This document shows positions 27,948 through 37,219 of a stretch of 38,455 nucleotides of DNA, piece after piece (position 1 is the first letter of the stretch; every line of letters begins with the position of its first letter). Source of the DNA: a virus (taxonomy: Duplodnaviria; Heunggongvirae; Uroviricota; Caudoviricetes); the IMG/VR virus record IMGVR_UViG_2713896790_000012. The stretch is one strand, 5' to 3'. Under the pieces are notes generated by a model, which saw only the letters and a list, made by a program, of their open reading frames with translations, was not told the DNA's origin and did no database searches. A program made the position numbers and the translations under genes.

Positions 27948-28805
27948 TTACCCCCTGAAGCCTGGCGGGATCGCACTATCCGGTAACGAGACGGTGTTAA
28001 CCTGTCGGAGTAACGTCTCAGGTAGAACACCTTTTGGCGCGAACAAGCCTTGGTATTCATTGGCGATGCTGTGTCGAATCACCTGCTCAGGTGAAAAACC
28101 CTGCTGGCGGAATTTTTCCAGCTCCCGTATCGCCCCGTTAGCGCCCTGCTCCGTTCGAATCGGTTTACGCAATGCCTGGCGAAATTCAACCCACTCACGC
28201 CAAAGCGAGACAGAAATCCAGTTCGGCAAAGCAATATCCAGAGGGTCAAACTTTTTGACACCTCGATTCCCCCGGGGGGGATTTAGGGGGGGATCTGTTT
28301 TTAGATCTTTATCTGTATCTTTATTAGTTGCCTTTGTGTTGGCATCATGTTCAAACACCACTTCAACATCTGTTTGAACACCTGTTAAATTTCTCTCTTG
28401 TTTTGTTTGAACATCTGCTTCCTTTCTGCTTCTTCTGGCCTGAACAGATGCTTTTCCTGCGGCTGATTTTTTGGTTAATTTTTCCCTGACTGATGCCAGA
28501 TCTTCCTCAATCCGAAGATGCACCCATTCCTCGCCGTTATCGCAAAAAAACTCCCGCAAGGATGGTTCAACATCAGCCCATCGCTCGTTAGTCAGACGGG
28601 CAATTTTTGCCAGCCTGTTTTTGGGTATTGGCTTTCCTGTTTGCCAGTAATTGAACATCAGCAACAAATACGCACCGTGCTCCTCTGCTGACAAATGCAT
28701 GGTGTCAGCCAAGTAATCAGCTATGTACAGTTGCATGTATGGTAATGCGGCCATAATTGCCCCGTATGATGCTGTCCGGTTGCTTAGAATAAGCACAAAC
28801 AGCAT
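27948..28805 (-). CDS. ydaU: Replication initiator / replisome-organizer protein (YdaU-like)
   Basis: 285 aa, position upstream of DnaC-like gene, central linker encoded by a repeat-rich DNA segment. Confidence 0.6.
   Translation of the reverse strand: MLFVLILSNRTASYGAIMAALPYMQLYIADYLADTMHLSAEEHGAYLLLMFNYWQTGKPIPKNRLAKIARLTNERWADVEPSLREFFCDNGEEWVHLRIEEDLASVREKLTKKSAAGKASVQARRSRKEADVQTKQERNLTGVQTDVEVVFEHDANTKATNKDTDKDLKTDPPLNPPRGNRGVKKFDPLDIALPNWISVSLWREWVEFRQALRKPIRTEQGANGAIRELEKFRQQGFSPEQVIRHSIANEYQGLFAPKGVLPETLLRQVNTVSLPDSAIPPGFRG
28266..28413. repeat. Repeat-dense block inside ydaU-like gene (candidate ori iterons)
   Basis: GGGGGGGAT twice 12 bp apart (28274-28294), GATCT/AGATCT and ATCT(G/T)T repeats, then TGTTCAAACA at 28348 with its reverse complement TGTTTGAACA at 28370 and 28404. 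Confidence 0.4.
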
Positions 28806-28817
28806 GAAAACTTTTGC

Positions 28818-29240
28818 TTAATGAACAATGACAGAATCGTCGGAAGACCCGCCACCGCTGAAATGCGCTTTCCGGTAAACGGCCTGGACAGCATCATCAT
28901 GCGCATCAATTGCCGTACTTAACGCTTCCTGCGCCGCCAGTAATGCACGGCGTTCCAAGGTATCGAAGATGCAGAGTCGGTGACGCAGCTCGCGCGGAAG
29001 GATTGCCAGAATTGCTGGGATCAGCTTCTGAATTTTTTCTCTTTGCGTTTTCGTTTCACCTTTCAACCAACGGTGATAGATATTCTGCTGATTGTTCCAG
29101 TCCTTGCCTGGAACCAGAGGCAATTCGCCGCCCCCCTGGCGCAGATATTCTTCAGTAATGGCATTGGCTACCCATGCCTGCCCTTTTTCAGCAGCCAGGG
29201 CTAACAACACTGATTCGATGTGCTCATGCTTGATTTTCAT
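28818..29240 (-). CDS. ydaT: YdaT-like protein (reported toxic, RacR-repressed in K-12)
   Basis: 140 aa, MKIKHEHIESVLLALAAEKGQAWVANAITEEYLRQGGG... matches remembered K-12 YdaT; overlaps ydaS-like stop (ATGA). Confidence 0.6.
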   Translation of the reverse strand: MKIKHEHIESVLLALAAEKGQAWVANAITEEYLRQGGGELPLVPGKDWNNQQNIYHRWLKGETKTQREKIQKLIPAILAILPRELRHRLCIFDTLERRALLAAQEALSTAIDAHDDAVQAVYRKAHFSGGGSSDDSVIVH

Positions 29241-29491
29241 GAATCAACTCCCATCAGCTTTTTCGTAGTAGTTTTATTTCTGCCAATAGTTAAAATTGCA
29301 TCGGCAGAAAATAATCCGTTTGATGCATGAGCGATTTTTTCAGCGTAATTTGTTTCGCCGGTATATTCTGTGCGAGGCAATTTTCCGTTATCCATCCATT
29401 TGTAGATTGCTCTTTGGCTGACACCACAAACGTCGGCCACAACAGAAACGCGAACAGTTTTGATTACATCTTCAAGTGTTTTCTGGTTCAT
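29237..29491 (-). CDS. ydaS: Cro/YdaS-like HTH protein
   Basis: Start at ATG 29491 with GAGGGTGAT SD; HTH segment VADVCGVSQRAIYKWMDNGKLP; divergent from repressor gene. Confidence 0.55.
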   Translation of the reverse strand: MNQKTLEDVIKTVRVSVVADVCGVSQRAIYKWMDNGKLPRTEYTGETNYAEKIAHASNGLFSADAILTIGRNKTTTKKLMGVDS

Positions 29492-29516
29492 ATCACCCTC
29501 ACAATGTGAACTTTGA

Positions 29517-30106
29517 GTACATGCTATAACAGAACTGACAGTACATTCAAGAGCGAATATCATTGAACTTATGGTTCATGAAGATAAAGCGCGTAAAGAG
29601 TTCGCCAGTAGGCTTGCGCTAGCCTGTGAAAACGCTGGTTATGAACAACATGGAAGGCAGGCAGAAATTGCCCGTCGAATGAAATTAACACCAAAAGCGG
29701 TTAGCAAATGGTTTAATGGCGAAACAATTCCTCGCCGAGAGAAATTAAGGGAATTAGCAACACTCATTGGAACAACACCAACCTATCTTTTGGGAGAGGA
29801 TACAGAAGAAAGTGGACAGGTACGTTTCTATCAGGAGTTAAATCCAAGACAAAAAATCATCATTGACCTTCTGGACGAGCTCCCTGACAGTGAGACAGAT
29901 GAACTTTTAAAAACTCTTGAGGAGAAAAAACAGAAGTACAATGCAATTTACGAAGAGTTAGCACGAAAGAAAAAACAAAAAGCCTCTTAAACCAGCATAA
30001 ATCCGGTAGCGTCCCCCTCCGGGTTTGTGCTTCACTTTATCCCATCTCATTTTTTTACACACAAAATGTACTTAAAGTACTTTACAACAATGAACACAAA
30101 GTACAT
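29517..30106. promoter_or_regulatory. Recurring AAGTACAT-type motifs flanking the repressor gene (candidate operators)
   Basis: AGTACAT at 29517 and 29540 in the divergent intergenic region; ATGTACTT (30066), AAGTACTT (30075), AAGTACAT (30099) downstream, including palindrome GTACTTaAAGTAC. Confidence 0.3.
29571..29990 (+). CDS. XRE-family HTH repressor without peptidase domain (RacR-like)
   Basis: 139 aa, HTH QAEIARRMKLTPKAVSKWFNGETIP, acidic and basic C-terminus; divergent from the cro-like gene. Confidence 0.6.
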   Translation: MVHEDKARKEFASRLALACENAGYEQHGRQAEIARRMKLTPKAVSKWFNGETIPRREKLRELATLIGTTPTYLLGEDTEESGQVRFYQELNPRQKIIIDLLDELPDSETDELLKTLEEKKQKYNAIYEELARKKKQKAS

Positions 30107-30277
30107 CATATACCTACCAACCCACCCCGCCCCACAGAACGCAGGGCAATACTTCGAGTTACCAGGCAGTGGTCAGGGGTTAAGTAGCCAGCCCGAGGCG
30201 TATGAACATGACGGCGGGATTCAAATTTTGCAGTGCAGCAGTTAGTTCCGCCACCCGGCGTTAAGGGGAGAGATAAG

Positions 30278-30412
30278 ATGGTGCATTACGAAGTAGTTCA
30301 GTATTTGATGGATTGTTGCGGCATCACTTACAGCCAGGCTGTACAGGCTCTACGCAGCAACGACTGGGATCTCTGGCAGGCAGAAGCCTCTATCCGTAAC
30401 AACAAGATGTGA
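30278..30412 (+). CDS. ydaG: Small protein YdaG-like (44 aa)
   Basis: ATG 30278 with AAGGGGAG SD; MVHYEVVQYLMDCCGITYSQAVQALRSNDWDLWQAEASIRNNKM*; below ORF-track cutoff. Confidence 0.5.
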   Translation: MVHYEVVQYLMDCCGITYSQAVQALRSNDWDLWQAEASIRNNKM

Positions 30413-30423
30413 GGGTTCCCAAA

Positions 30424-30579
30424 ATGCAAAAAATCGACCTCGGCAACAACGAATCCATAGTGTGTGGCGTGTTTCCCAACCAGGACGGTACGTTCACCGC
30501 GATGACGTATACAAAAAGCAAAACATTTAAAACCGAAACTGGTGCGCGCCGATGGTTGGAGAAGCACACAGTAAGCTAA
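30424..30579 (+). CDS. ydaF: Small protein YdaF-like (51 aa)
   Basis: MQKIDLGNNESIVCGVFPNQDGTFTAMTYTKSKTFKTETGARRWLEKHTVS*; read by hand. Confidence 0.5.
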   Translation: MQKIDLGNNESIVCGVFPNQDGTFTAMTYTKSKTFKTETGARRWLEKHTVS

Positions 30580-31064
30580 CGATTAAAACGTCTACTCCTG
30601 CTGTTCCAGAATAACTTCATAAAATGGGAGTATTTTTCGGTGACGAGATAATAAGAACAGTTTGCGCTATCACTCTGATGTTGAATGATGCCCTTCCGTT
30701 CTAATTTTTTCATAACCGGGTTACGGCAAGGAGAAGTGATAATAAGATTTCCTGTTTTAAGGAAATCTTTAAATACAGCGATTTCTTTCTCAGATAAACG
30801 AAGCAATACTCGTTGCTCTGGTAGTAATGAAAAATGCTTTTGAATATGTGCTCGCAATCTTGAGAAGGAAATGGCGACCACGAAAGAAAAGGCAAAAACG
30901 ATAATCTGAAAGAGCCAAGGTATTTCAGTATAAGCATTGAATGCGACAGTAAACTCTTTCGGTATCAGCCAGAGAGTGAGACCAAAAATGATAATCGTAT
31001 ACATAAGTCTTTCGAGTGGCTCGTTAGCAAAAAGTTTCAACAATGGAGTAAATACATCCAACAT
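30576..31064 (-). CDS. sieB: Superinfection exclusion protein B
   Basis: Start at internal ATG 31064 (MLDVFTPLLKLFANEPLERLMYTIIIFGLTLWLIPKEF...), 162 aa, two N-terminal TM segments; matches remembered SieB. Confidence 0.7.
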   Translation of the reverse strand: MLDVFTPLLKLFANEPLERLMYTIIIFGLTLWLIPKEFTVAFNAYTEIPWLFQIIVFAFSFVVAISFSRLRAHIQKHFSLLPEQRVLLRLSEKEIAVFKDFLKTGNLIITSPCRNPVMKKLERKGIIQHQSDSANCSYYLVTEKYSHFMKLFWNSRSRRFNR

Positions 31065-31494
31065 ATCAATAACTCTCAACTGTAAGGGTATTGAAATGTT
31101 AACACAAGCTCTCGCTGTAGGGGTATAGCCGAGACCACCGAAGCCCGGAGGTGGTGAAATAAAACTGGGCGCAACACGAAGGCGCATTTCCGATATCCAT
31201 AAAGAGTCGGTCTTGTCTGTTAAATTTAAATGGTGGGAGTGCGCCTCCGGTTGTAAATAACGACATTGCTGTGTGTAGTCTTGGCGGCATCAGTTTTTTC
31301 TTGAAGTTCGGCTGATGTCCGCCCTTTTTAAAGTGAATTTTGTGATGCGGTGAATGCGGCTAAGCGCACGCGGAACAGTTAAAAGCATCAGTGTTATGGG
31401 TGGATTATCCGGCGTTAATTGTTAACTGGTTAACGTCACCTGGAGGCACCAGGCACCGCATCAACAAAGTTCATTTGTGAAAATGGAGATAATT

Positions 31495-31716
31495 ATGATT
31501 GCTCATCACTTCGGAACTGATGAAATACCTCGTCAGTGTGTGACTCCTGGTGATTATGTTCTTCATAACGGCCGGACATATATTGCCTCGGCAAACAATA
31601 TTAAAAAGCGAAAGCTTTATATTCGTAACCTGACCACAAAAACATGCATTACTGACTGCATGATTAAAGTCTTCCTCGGTCGTGATGGTTTACCTGTAAA
31701 GGCGGAGTCATGGTGA
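31495..31716 (+). CDS. kilR: Cell-division inhibitor KilR
   Basis: [73 protein letters not shown] (73 aa) matches remembered K-12 KilR; SD GGAG upstream. Confidence 0.8.
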   Translation: MIAHHFGTDEIPRQCVTPGDYVLHNGRTYIASANNIKKRKLYIRNLTTKTCITDCMIKVFLGRDGLPVKAESW

Positions 31717-31886
31717 TGACTAAGAAAATAAAATGTGCTTACCACCTTTGCGATAAAGAAGTTAAAGAAAGCAAAAGCATTAAAAGACCACTTCATTTCA
31801 TGCGTGGAGTTATCCCAACGACGGAAATGAAAAAATATTGTAGCGAAATATGTGCCGAAAAAGACCAGATGGCACACGAACTTTAA
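31716..31886 (+). CDS. ydaE: Small Cys-rich protein YdaE-like (56 aa)
   Basis: ATG overlaps kilR stop (TGATG); [56 protein letters not shown]. Confidence 0.55.
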   Translation: MTKKIKCAYHLCDKEVKESKSIKRPLHFMRGVIPTTEMKKYCSEICAEKDQMAHEL

Positions 31887-31960
31887 TTAACTGACTATGC
31901 GAAACTGAATTTATGCCAGCAATGGCAGGGATTCGCTCAACCTTAATTAAGAAGAAAAAC

Positions 31961-32236
31961 ATGATTACCAGTTATGAAGCCACTGTTGTAACTACTGATG
32001 ACATTGTTCACGAAGTTAATCTGGAAGGAAAGCGTATTGGCTACGTGATTAAAACAGAAAATAAAGAAACCCCATTCACTGTAGTTGATATCGACGGTCC
32101 ATCAGGCAACGTTAAAACACTTCACGAAGGTGTCAAAAAAATGAGCCTAGTGCATATCGGAAAGAATCTGCCCGCAGAAAAAAAAGCCGGATTTCTGGCA
32201 ACTCTGATTGCAATGAAATTAAAAGGTGAAATCTGA
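31961..32236 (+). CDS. racC: RacC-like protein
   Basis: Start at internal ATG 31961 (MITSYEATVVTTDDIVHEVNLEGKRIGYVIKTENK...), 91 aa, upstream of recE. Confidence 0.6.
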   Translation: MITSYEATVVTTDDIVHEVNLEGKRIGYVIKTENKETPFTVVDIDGPSGNVKTLHEGVKKMSLVHIGKNLPAEKKAGFLATLIAMKLKGEI

Positions 32237-32337
32237 AAGAAATAGCCTGCGTATGGCGCAGGCTATGAACAGTGTGTATCCGGCAAGATCATTCACTGAA
32301 CAAAACGAATTTTAATCTGAGTTGAGGTTAAAAAACA

Positions 32338-35300
32338 ATGAGCACAAAACCACTCTTCCTGTTACGGAAAGCGAAAAAATCATCCGGTGAACCTGACGTC
32401 GTCCTGTGGGCAAGTGACGATTTTGAATCGACCTGTGCCACTCTGGACTACCAGATCGTTAAGTCAGGTAAAAAACTGAGCAGCTATTTTAAAGCTGTTG
32501 CCACGAATTTTCCTGTCGTTAATGACCTGCCCGCTGAAGGTGAGATCGATTTTACCTGGAGTGAACGCTATCAACTCAGCAAAGACTCCATGACATGGGA
32601 ACTAAAACCGGGAGCAGCACCAGACAACGCTCACTATCAAGGCAATACCAACGTCAACGGCGAAGACATGACTGAGATTGAGGAGAATATGCTACTCCCA
32701 ATTTCTGGCCAGGAACTGCCCATTCGTTGGCTTGCTCAACACGGCAGCGAAAAACCGGTAACGCACGTTTCACGCGGCGAACTCCAGGCATTACACATTG
32801 CACGGGCTGAAGAACTACCGGCTGTTACTGCCCTGGCTGTTTCCCACAAAACCAGCCTGCTCGACCCGCTGGAAATTCGCGATCTCCACAAACTGGTTCG
32901 TGACACTGACAAAGTTTTCCCTAATCCTGGTAATTCAGACTTGGGACTGTTAACTGCTTTTTTCGAAGTATACCTGAACGCTGACTACACCGATCGAGGA
33001 CTGCTGACAAAAGAGTGGATGAAGGGTAATCGTGTTTCACGCATCACTCGCACGGCTTCCGGTGCTAATGCTGGCGGCGGGAACCTCACCGATCGCGGCG
33101 AAGGTTTCGTCCACGATCTTACGTCACTGGCGCGCGACGTAGCCACTGGCGTACTGGCCCGTTCAATGGACGTGGACATCTATAACCTTCATCCGGCACA
33201 CGCTAAACGCATTGAGGAAATTATCGCTGAAAATAAACCGCCCTTTTCTGTTTTCCGCGACAAATTCATCACCATGCCTGGCGGGCTGGATTATTCTCGC
33301 GCCATCGTGGTTGCGTCCGTGAAAGAAGCACCAATTGGGATCGAGGTCATCCCCGCGCACGTCACAGAATATCTGAACAAAGTACTGACTGAAACCGATC
33401 ATGCCAACCCTGATCCGGAAATCGTGGATATTGCCTGCGGTCGCTCCTCTGCCCCGATGCCGCAGCGTGTAACAGAGGAGGGAAAACAGAATGATGAAGA
33501 AAAACCGCAACCATCTGGCGCAATGGCAGATGAACAGGCAACGGCTGAAACAGTGGAACCGGATGCAACTGAACATCATCAGGACACGCAGCCGCTGGAT
33601 GCTCAGTCACAGGTAAATTCTGTTGATGCAGACAAATTACTGGCTGCCTATCGCGGAGAATTTGTTGAAGGGATTAGCGACCCGAATGATCCGAAATGGG
33701 TTAAGGGGATCCAGACCCGCGATTCTGTGTACCAGCATCAGCCAAAAACGGAACAGAACGACCGAAAATCGGAACAAAACGGCCAAAATTCGCGACAAAA
33801 TGAACCAGAAGCGCAACAGGAACCGGAAAAAGTCTGCGCCGCCTGCGGTCAGACCGGCGGCAGTAACTGCCCTGACTGTGGCGCGGTGATGGGCGACGCA
33901 ACATACCAGGAAACATTCGATGAAGAGAATCAGGTTGAAGCTAAGGAAAAAGATCCGGTGGAAATGGAAGGCGCTGAACATCCGCACAATGAGAATGCTG
34001 GCAGCGATCCGCATCGTGATTGCAGTGATCAAACTGGTGAAGCGTCAGCTCCTGTAGCAACTGAAATCATGTGGCCGTCATATTTCGAGCCAGGCCGCTA
34101 TGAAAACCTCCCGAACGAGGTTTATCACTCCGCCAACGGAATAAGCAGCACGATGCTGAAGGATGCCCGTATCAGCCTGATGTATTACCACGGGCGGCAC
34201 ATTGCCGGAACTATTCCGAATGAGGAAAGTGATGCACTGCTGCGTGGGAGGATCATTCACAGCTATGTTCTGGAAACGGATAAATTCGCTGATGAATATG
34301 CCATTCCGGTACCGGTTCCTGAATATGTGGTTACTACTTCTAACGAACTGATCGCCATCATTAAAAAACACAATGCCAGTCTGCCAGCACTGATGACACC
34401 AGAGCAGATGAAAGAGTGGATCGAAAGCTACAACAGCACTCTTATACAGCCACTGTCTGTAAGTGCTGGGGCCGAAGAAACAGGCATCCTTTACGGTTCG
34501 CTTCCGGTGGAATTTCGGCGTATCCCTGAGGGGGAAAAACACACAGCATCAGCAATGAAAGCCTGTATTAAAGAATACAACGCAAGCCTCCCTCCTCTGT
34601 TGAAAACCAGTGGAGCACGGGAGCAACTTCTGGATCAAATTGAAACTGTAGACCCAGAACTGGCAAAAAAAGAACGTGCTAAATCTTTGCCTTACAACAT
34701 CAGTGGCACGAAAGAGCAATTAACCGAAATCGCACGGAAAATTCGCCCGGAACTGGTGACACTGGAGGACTGGCAAAAACGCCAGCAAGAAGAAAACGCC
34801 GGGAAAACGTTTATCAGTCCGGATATGTATGAACAGGCAAAAAATATTCACGCGGCACTGCAAAACAATACTGATGCGGCAAGGCTACTCAACCACCCGG
34901 ATCGCAAATCTGAAATCAGCTATTTCGGGTTTGATGAAGAAACCGGGCTGGAAATCAGGGTCCGTCCTGATATCGAAATCCGGCTGCCATACGAAAGCAT
35001 TTGCGCCGACGTGAAGTCAGTCAGCCTCGGTTATGTGCGGCAGGAACGACTTAAAGATCGCCTGCACCGTGAAATTATTGAGCGTGATTATCACCTCAGC
35101 GCCGCAATGTATTGCGATGTGGCAAACCTGGAAAAATTTTTCTGGATCTTCGTCAACAAAGATGCTGGCTATCACTGGGTGGCTGTCGTGGAAGCCTCGC
35201 AGGAACTCCTGGAACTTGGTCGACAGGAATATCGCCGGACGCTACGCCAGATAAACGAAGCCCTGGAGACAAACAACTGGCCAGCACCGATTACCGAAAG

Positions 35301-35361
35301 TTATACCGACGAATTAAACGACTTTGATCTTCGTCGTCTTGAAGCACTGCATCTGGCTTAA
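32338..35361 (+). CDS. recE: Exodeoxyribonuclease VIII (RecE-like), long 1007-aa variant
   Basis: N-terminus [26 protein letters not shown]... and C-terminal nuclease-type domain ([15 protein letters not shown]..., IRVRPDIEI..., ..[13 protein letters not shown]) fit remembered RecE; stop overlaps next gene start (TAATG). Confidence 0.7.
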   Translation: MSTKPLFLLRKAKKSSGEPDVVLWASDDFESTCATLDYQIVKSGKKLSSYFKAVATNFPVVNDLPAEGEIDFTWSERYQLSKDSMTWELKPGAAPDNAHYQGNTNVNGEDMTEIEENMLLPISGQELPIRWLAQHGSEKPVTHVSRGELQALHIARAEELPAVTALAVSHKTSLLDPLEIRDLHKLVRDTDKVFPNPGNSDLGLLTAFFEVYLNADYTDRGLLTKEWMKGNRVSRITRTASGANAGGGNLTDRGEGFVHDLTSLARDVATGVLARSMDVDIYNLHPAHAKRIEEIIAENKPPFSVFRDKFITMPGGLDYSRAIVVASVKEAPIGIEVIPAHVTEYLNKVLTETDHANPDPEIVDIACGRSSAPMPQRVTEEGKQNDEEKPQPSGAMADEQATAETVEPDATEHHQDTQPLDAQSQVNSVDADKLLAAYRGEFVEGISDPNDPKWVKGIQTRDSVYQHQPKTEQNDRKSEQNGQNSRQNEPEAQQEPEKVCAACGQTGGSNCPDCGAVMGDATYQETFDEENQVEAKEKDPVEMEGAEHPHNENAGSDPHRDCSDQTGEASAPVATEIMWPSYFEPGRYENLPNEVYHSANGISSTMLKDARISLMYYHGRHIAGTIPNEESDALLRGRIIHSYVLETDKFADEYAIPVPVPEYVVTTSNELIAIIKKHNASLPALMTPEQMKEWIESYNSTLIQPLSVSAGAEETGILYGSLPVEFRRIPEGEKHTASAMKACIKEYNASLPPLLKTSGAREQLLDQIETVDPELAKKERAKSLPYNISGTKEQLTEIARKIRPELVTLEDWQKRQQEENAGKTFISPDMYEQAKNIHAALQNNTDAARLLNHPDRKSEISYFGFDEETGLEIRVRPDIEIRLPYESICADVKSVSLGYVRQERLKDRLHREIIERDYHLSAAMYCDVANLEKFFWIFVNKDAGYHWVAVVEASQELLELGRQEYRRTLRQINEALETNNWPAPITESYTDELNDFDLRRLEALHLA

Positions 35362-36464
35362 TGGAGAACCTGACCATGCAAAATACCAATATCATCACGA
35401 CAGAGCAGACACCAAATACCATTTCTGCCAGTAACACTATTTTTAACGTTCAGGCGTTGACGCAACTTCAGGCAGTAGCCAGGTTGATGTCACAGGCCAC
35501 CGTCACAGTTCCCGATCACCTTCGCGGAAATCCTGCCGACTGCATGGCAATCATCATGCAAGCCATGCAATGGGGCATGAACCCCTACGCTGTGGCTCAG
35601 AAAACACACCTGGTAAACGGAGTTCTGGGTTATGAAGCACAACTGGTTAACGCTGTGATCTCTAGCTCAAGTGCAATTGTAGGCCGCTTCCATTACAAGT
35701 ACGAGGGAGACTGGGAGAAATGCTCTCGCACCCGAGTGGAGACCGTTAAGAAAACGGCCAAAGGAGGCGGAATCTATGAGAAAAAAGAAACGATCCCATG
35801 TTGGACCAGTGAAGATGAGTATGGTCTATCAGTTCGAGTTGGTGCAGTTCTTCGCGGTGAAAGTGAGATTACCTGGGGAGAACCGGTGTTTCTTTCCAGC
35901 GTGATTACGCGTAATTCTCCTTTATGGACCTCAAACCCGAAACAACAGCTCGCCTATCTGGCGTTGAAATACTGGGCTCGCCTTTATTGTCCTGACGTCA
36001 TCCTGGGCGTGTATACTCCGGACGAACTGGAAGAGCCACAGGAAAAAATCATCAATCCTGTGCCGGTACAGAATTATAGCGAGGTAAGCGAGCAGCGAAC
36101 AGAAACCATCGAACAGCGTATTGACGAAGCGTGGATTGATGAATTCCGGCAGCGTGTCGAAAGCGCGGCCACGACTGAGGAAACCACTGCATTACGCCAA
36201 GAGATAGAGGATCAGAAAAACCAGATCGGCGAATTCTTTGCCGAGCTTAAAGGAAAAGTGGTTCGGCGTCATCACCGTCTCAATGCTATTGCCAGTATCG
36301 AGAAGATGATAAATGACCTTCCTTCATCAGGTGATCCAGAAGCAGAACAAAAATTTACTGCTCTGGAAAATACGCTGAATGCTGCCCGGCCACATCTGGG
36401 TGAATTATATGAGGCGTATAAAACGACACTGACAGATATGAAACCAGAATATATCGGCTCCTGA
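35361..36464 (+). CDS. Single-strand annealing protein, RecT/Red-beta superfamily-like, partner of RecE
   Basis: 367 aa, translationally coupled to recE; ADCMAIIMQAMQWGMNPYAVAQKTHLVNGVLGYEAQLVNAV resembles the lambda Bet core (DAQFIALLIVANQYGLNP...); does not match the remembered K-12 RecT sequence. Confidence 0.45.
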   Translation: MENLTMQNTNIITTEQTPNTISASNTIFNVQALTQLQAVARLMSQATVTVPDHLRGNPADCMAIIMQAMQWGMNPYAVAQKTHLVNGVLGYEAQLVNAVISSSSAIVGRFHYKYEGDWEKCSRTRVETVKKTAKGGGIYEKKETIPCWTSEDEYGLSVRVGAVLRGESEITWGEPVFLSSVITRNSPLWTSNPKQQLAYLALKYWARLYCPDVILGVYTPDELEEPQEKIINPVPVQNYSEVSEQRTETIEQRIDEAWIDEFRQRVESAATTEETTALRQEIEDQKNQIGEFFAELKGKVVRRHHRLNAIASIEKMINDLPSSGDPEAEQKFTALENTLNAARPHLGELYEAYKTTLTDMKPEYIGS

Positions 36465-36527
36465 TATTGACTTTGGCGGTGTAGCCTCACCGCCATCACA
36501 AAATTTTATTTTATGAGAGAAAAGACA

Positions 36528-36722
36528 ATGCGGTATGAAAAAGTCAAACCATGCCCTTTTTGTGGTTGTCCATCAGTAACGGTGAAAGCCATTTCAGGAT
36601 ATTACCGCGCGAAGTGTAACGGATGCGAATCCCGAACCGGCTATGGTGGAAGTGAAAAAGAAGCACTCGAACGATGGAATAAACGAACCACTGGAAATAA
36701 TAATGGAGGTGTTCATGTATAA
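36528..36722 (+). CDS. ralR: Restriction alleviation protein Lar/RalR
   Basis: MRYEKVKPCPFCGCPSVTVKAISGYYRAKCNGCESRTGYGGSEKEALERWNKRTTGNNNGGVHV* matches remembered Lar; start chosen at second ATG (better SD). Confidence 0.8.
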   Translation: MRYEKVKPCPFCGCPSVTVKAISGYYRAKCNGCESRTGYGGSEKEALERWNKRTTGNNNGGVHV

Positions 36723-36903
36723 AATTACCGCCACTATTGAAAAGGAAGGTGGCACTCCTACTAACTGGACAAGGTACTCAAAAACAAAATTAACCAAATC
36801 AGAATGCGAAAAAATGCTCTCAGGTAAAAAAGAAGCAGGCGTTTCCAGAGAGCAGAAAGTAAAACTGATAAATTTTAATTGCGAGAAACTTCAGTCGTCG
36901 TGA
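36715..36903 (+). CDS. ydaC: YdaC-like small protein
   Basis: MYKITATIEKEGGTPTNWTRYSKTKLTKSECEKMLSGKKEAGVSREQKVKLINFNCEKLQSS*; ATG overlaps ralR 3' end by 8 nt; an upstream alternative start exists at 36643. Confidence 0.5.
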   Translation: MYKITATIEKEGGTPTNWTRYSKTKLTKSECEKMLSGKKEAGVSREQKVKLINFNCEKLQSS

Positions 36904-37002
36904 ATTGCATTGTATTCAAATTAAAACTTCATAGCTGATTATTAATAATCAACATCGGGCGTCAATTTCAGTCTAACATTGGCGCCTGCCAGAGGTGATG
37001 CG

Positions 37003-37218
37003 ATGGCACAAGTAATCTTTAATGAAGAGTGGATGGTTGAATACGGCCTGATGCTTCGCACTGGTCTGGGGGCCAGACAAATTGAAGCATACCGTCAGAA
37101 CTGTTGGGAGGAAGGCTTCCACTTCAAACGAGTATCTCCTTTAGGGAAACCAGACAGTAAGCGAGGGATTATCTGGTACAACTATCCAAAGATAAATCAG
37201 TTTATCAAAGACTCATGA
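37003..37218 (+). CDS. xisR: Excisionase
   Basis: Start at ATG 37003 with [80 protein letters not shown] matches remembered Rac XisR; immediately upstream of int. Confidence 0.75.
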   Translation: MAQVIFNEEWMVEYGLMLRTGLGARQIEAYRQNCWEEGFHFKRVSPLGKPDSKRGIIWYNYPKINQFIKDS

Positions 37219-37219
37219 T

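Noticed and set aside
27802-28377. 191-aa plus-strand ORF
   Set aside because: Antisense to the ydaV/ydaU-like replication genes; no RBS.
30027-30245. 72-aa plus-strand ORF after the repressor gene
   Set aside because: No SD, odd composition; the region looks regulatory (operator-like palindromes); the real small genes ydaG/ydaF start further downstream.
33163-34542. Minus-strand ORFs of 131-154 aa inside recE
   Set aside because: Antisense to recE, Cys/His/Arg-rich junk composition, no RBS.
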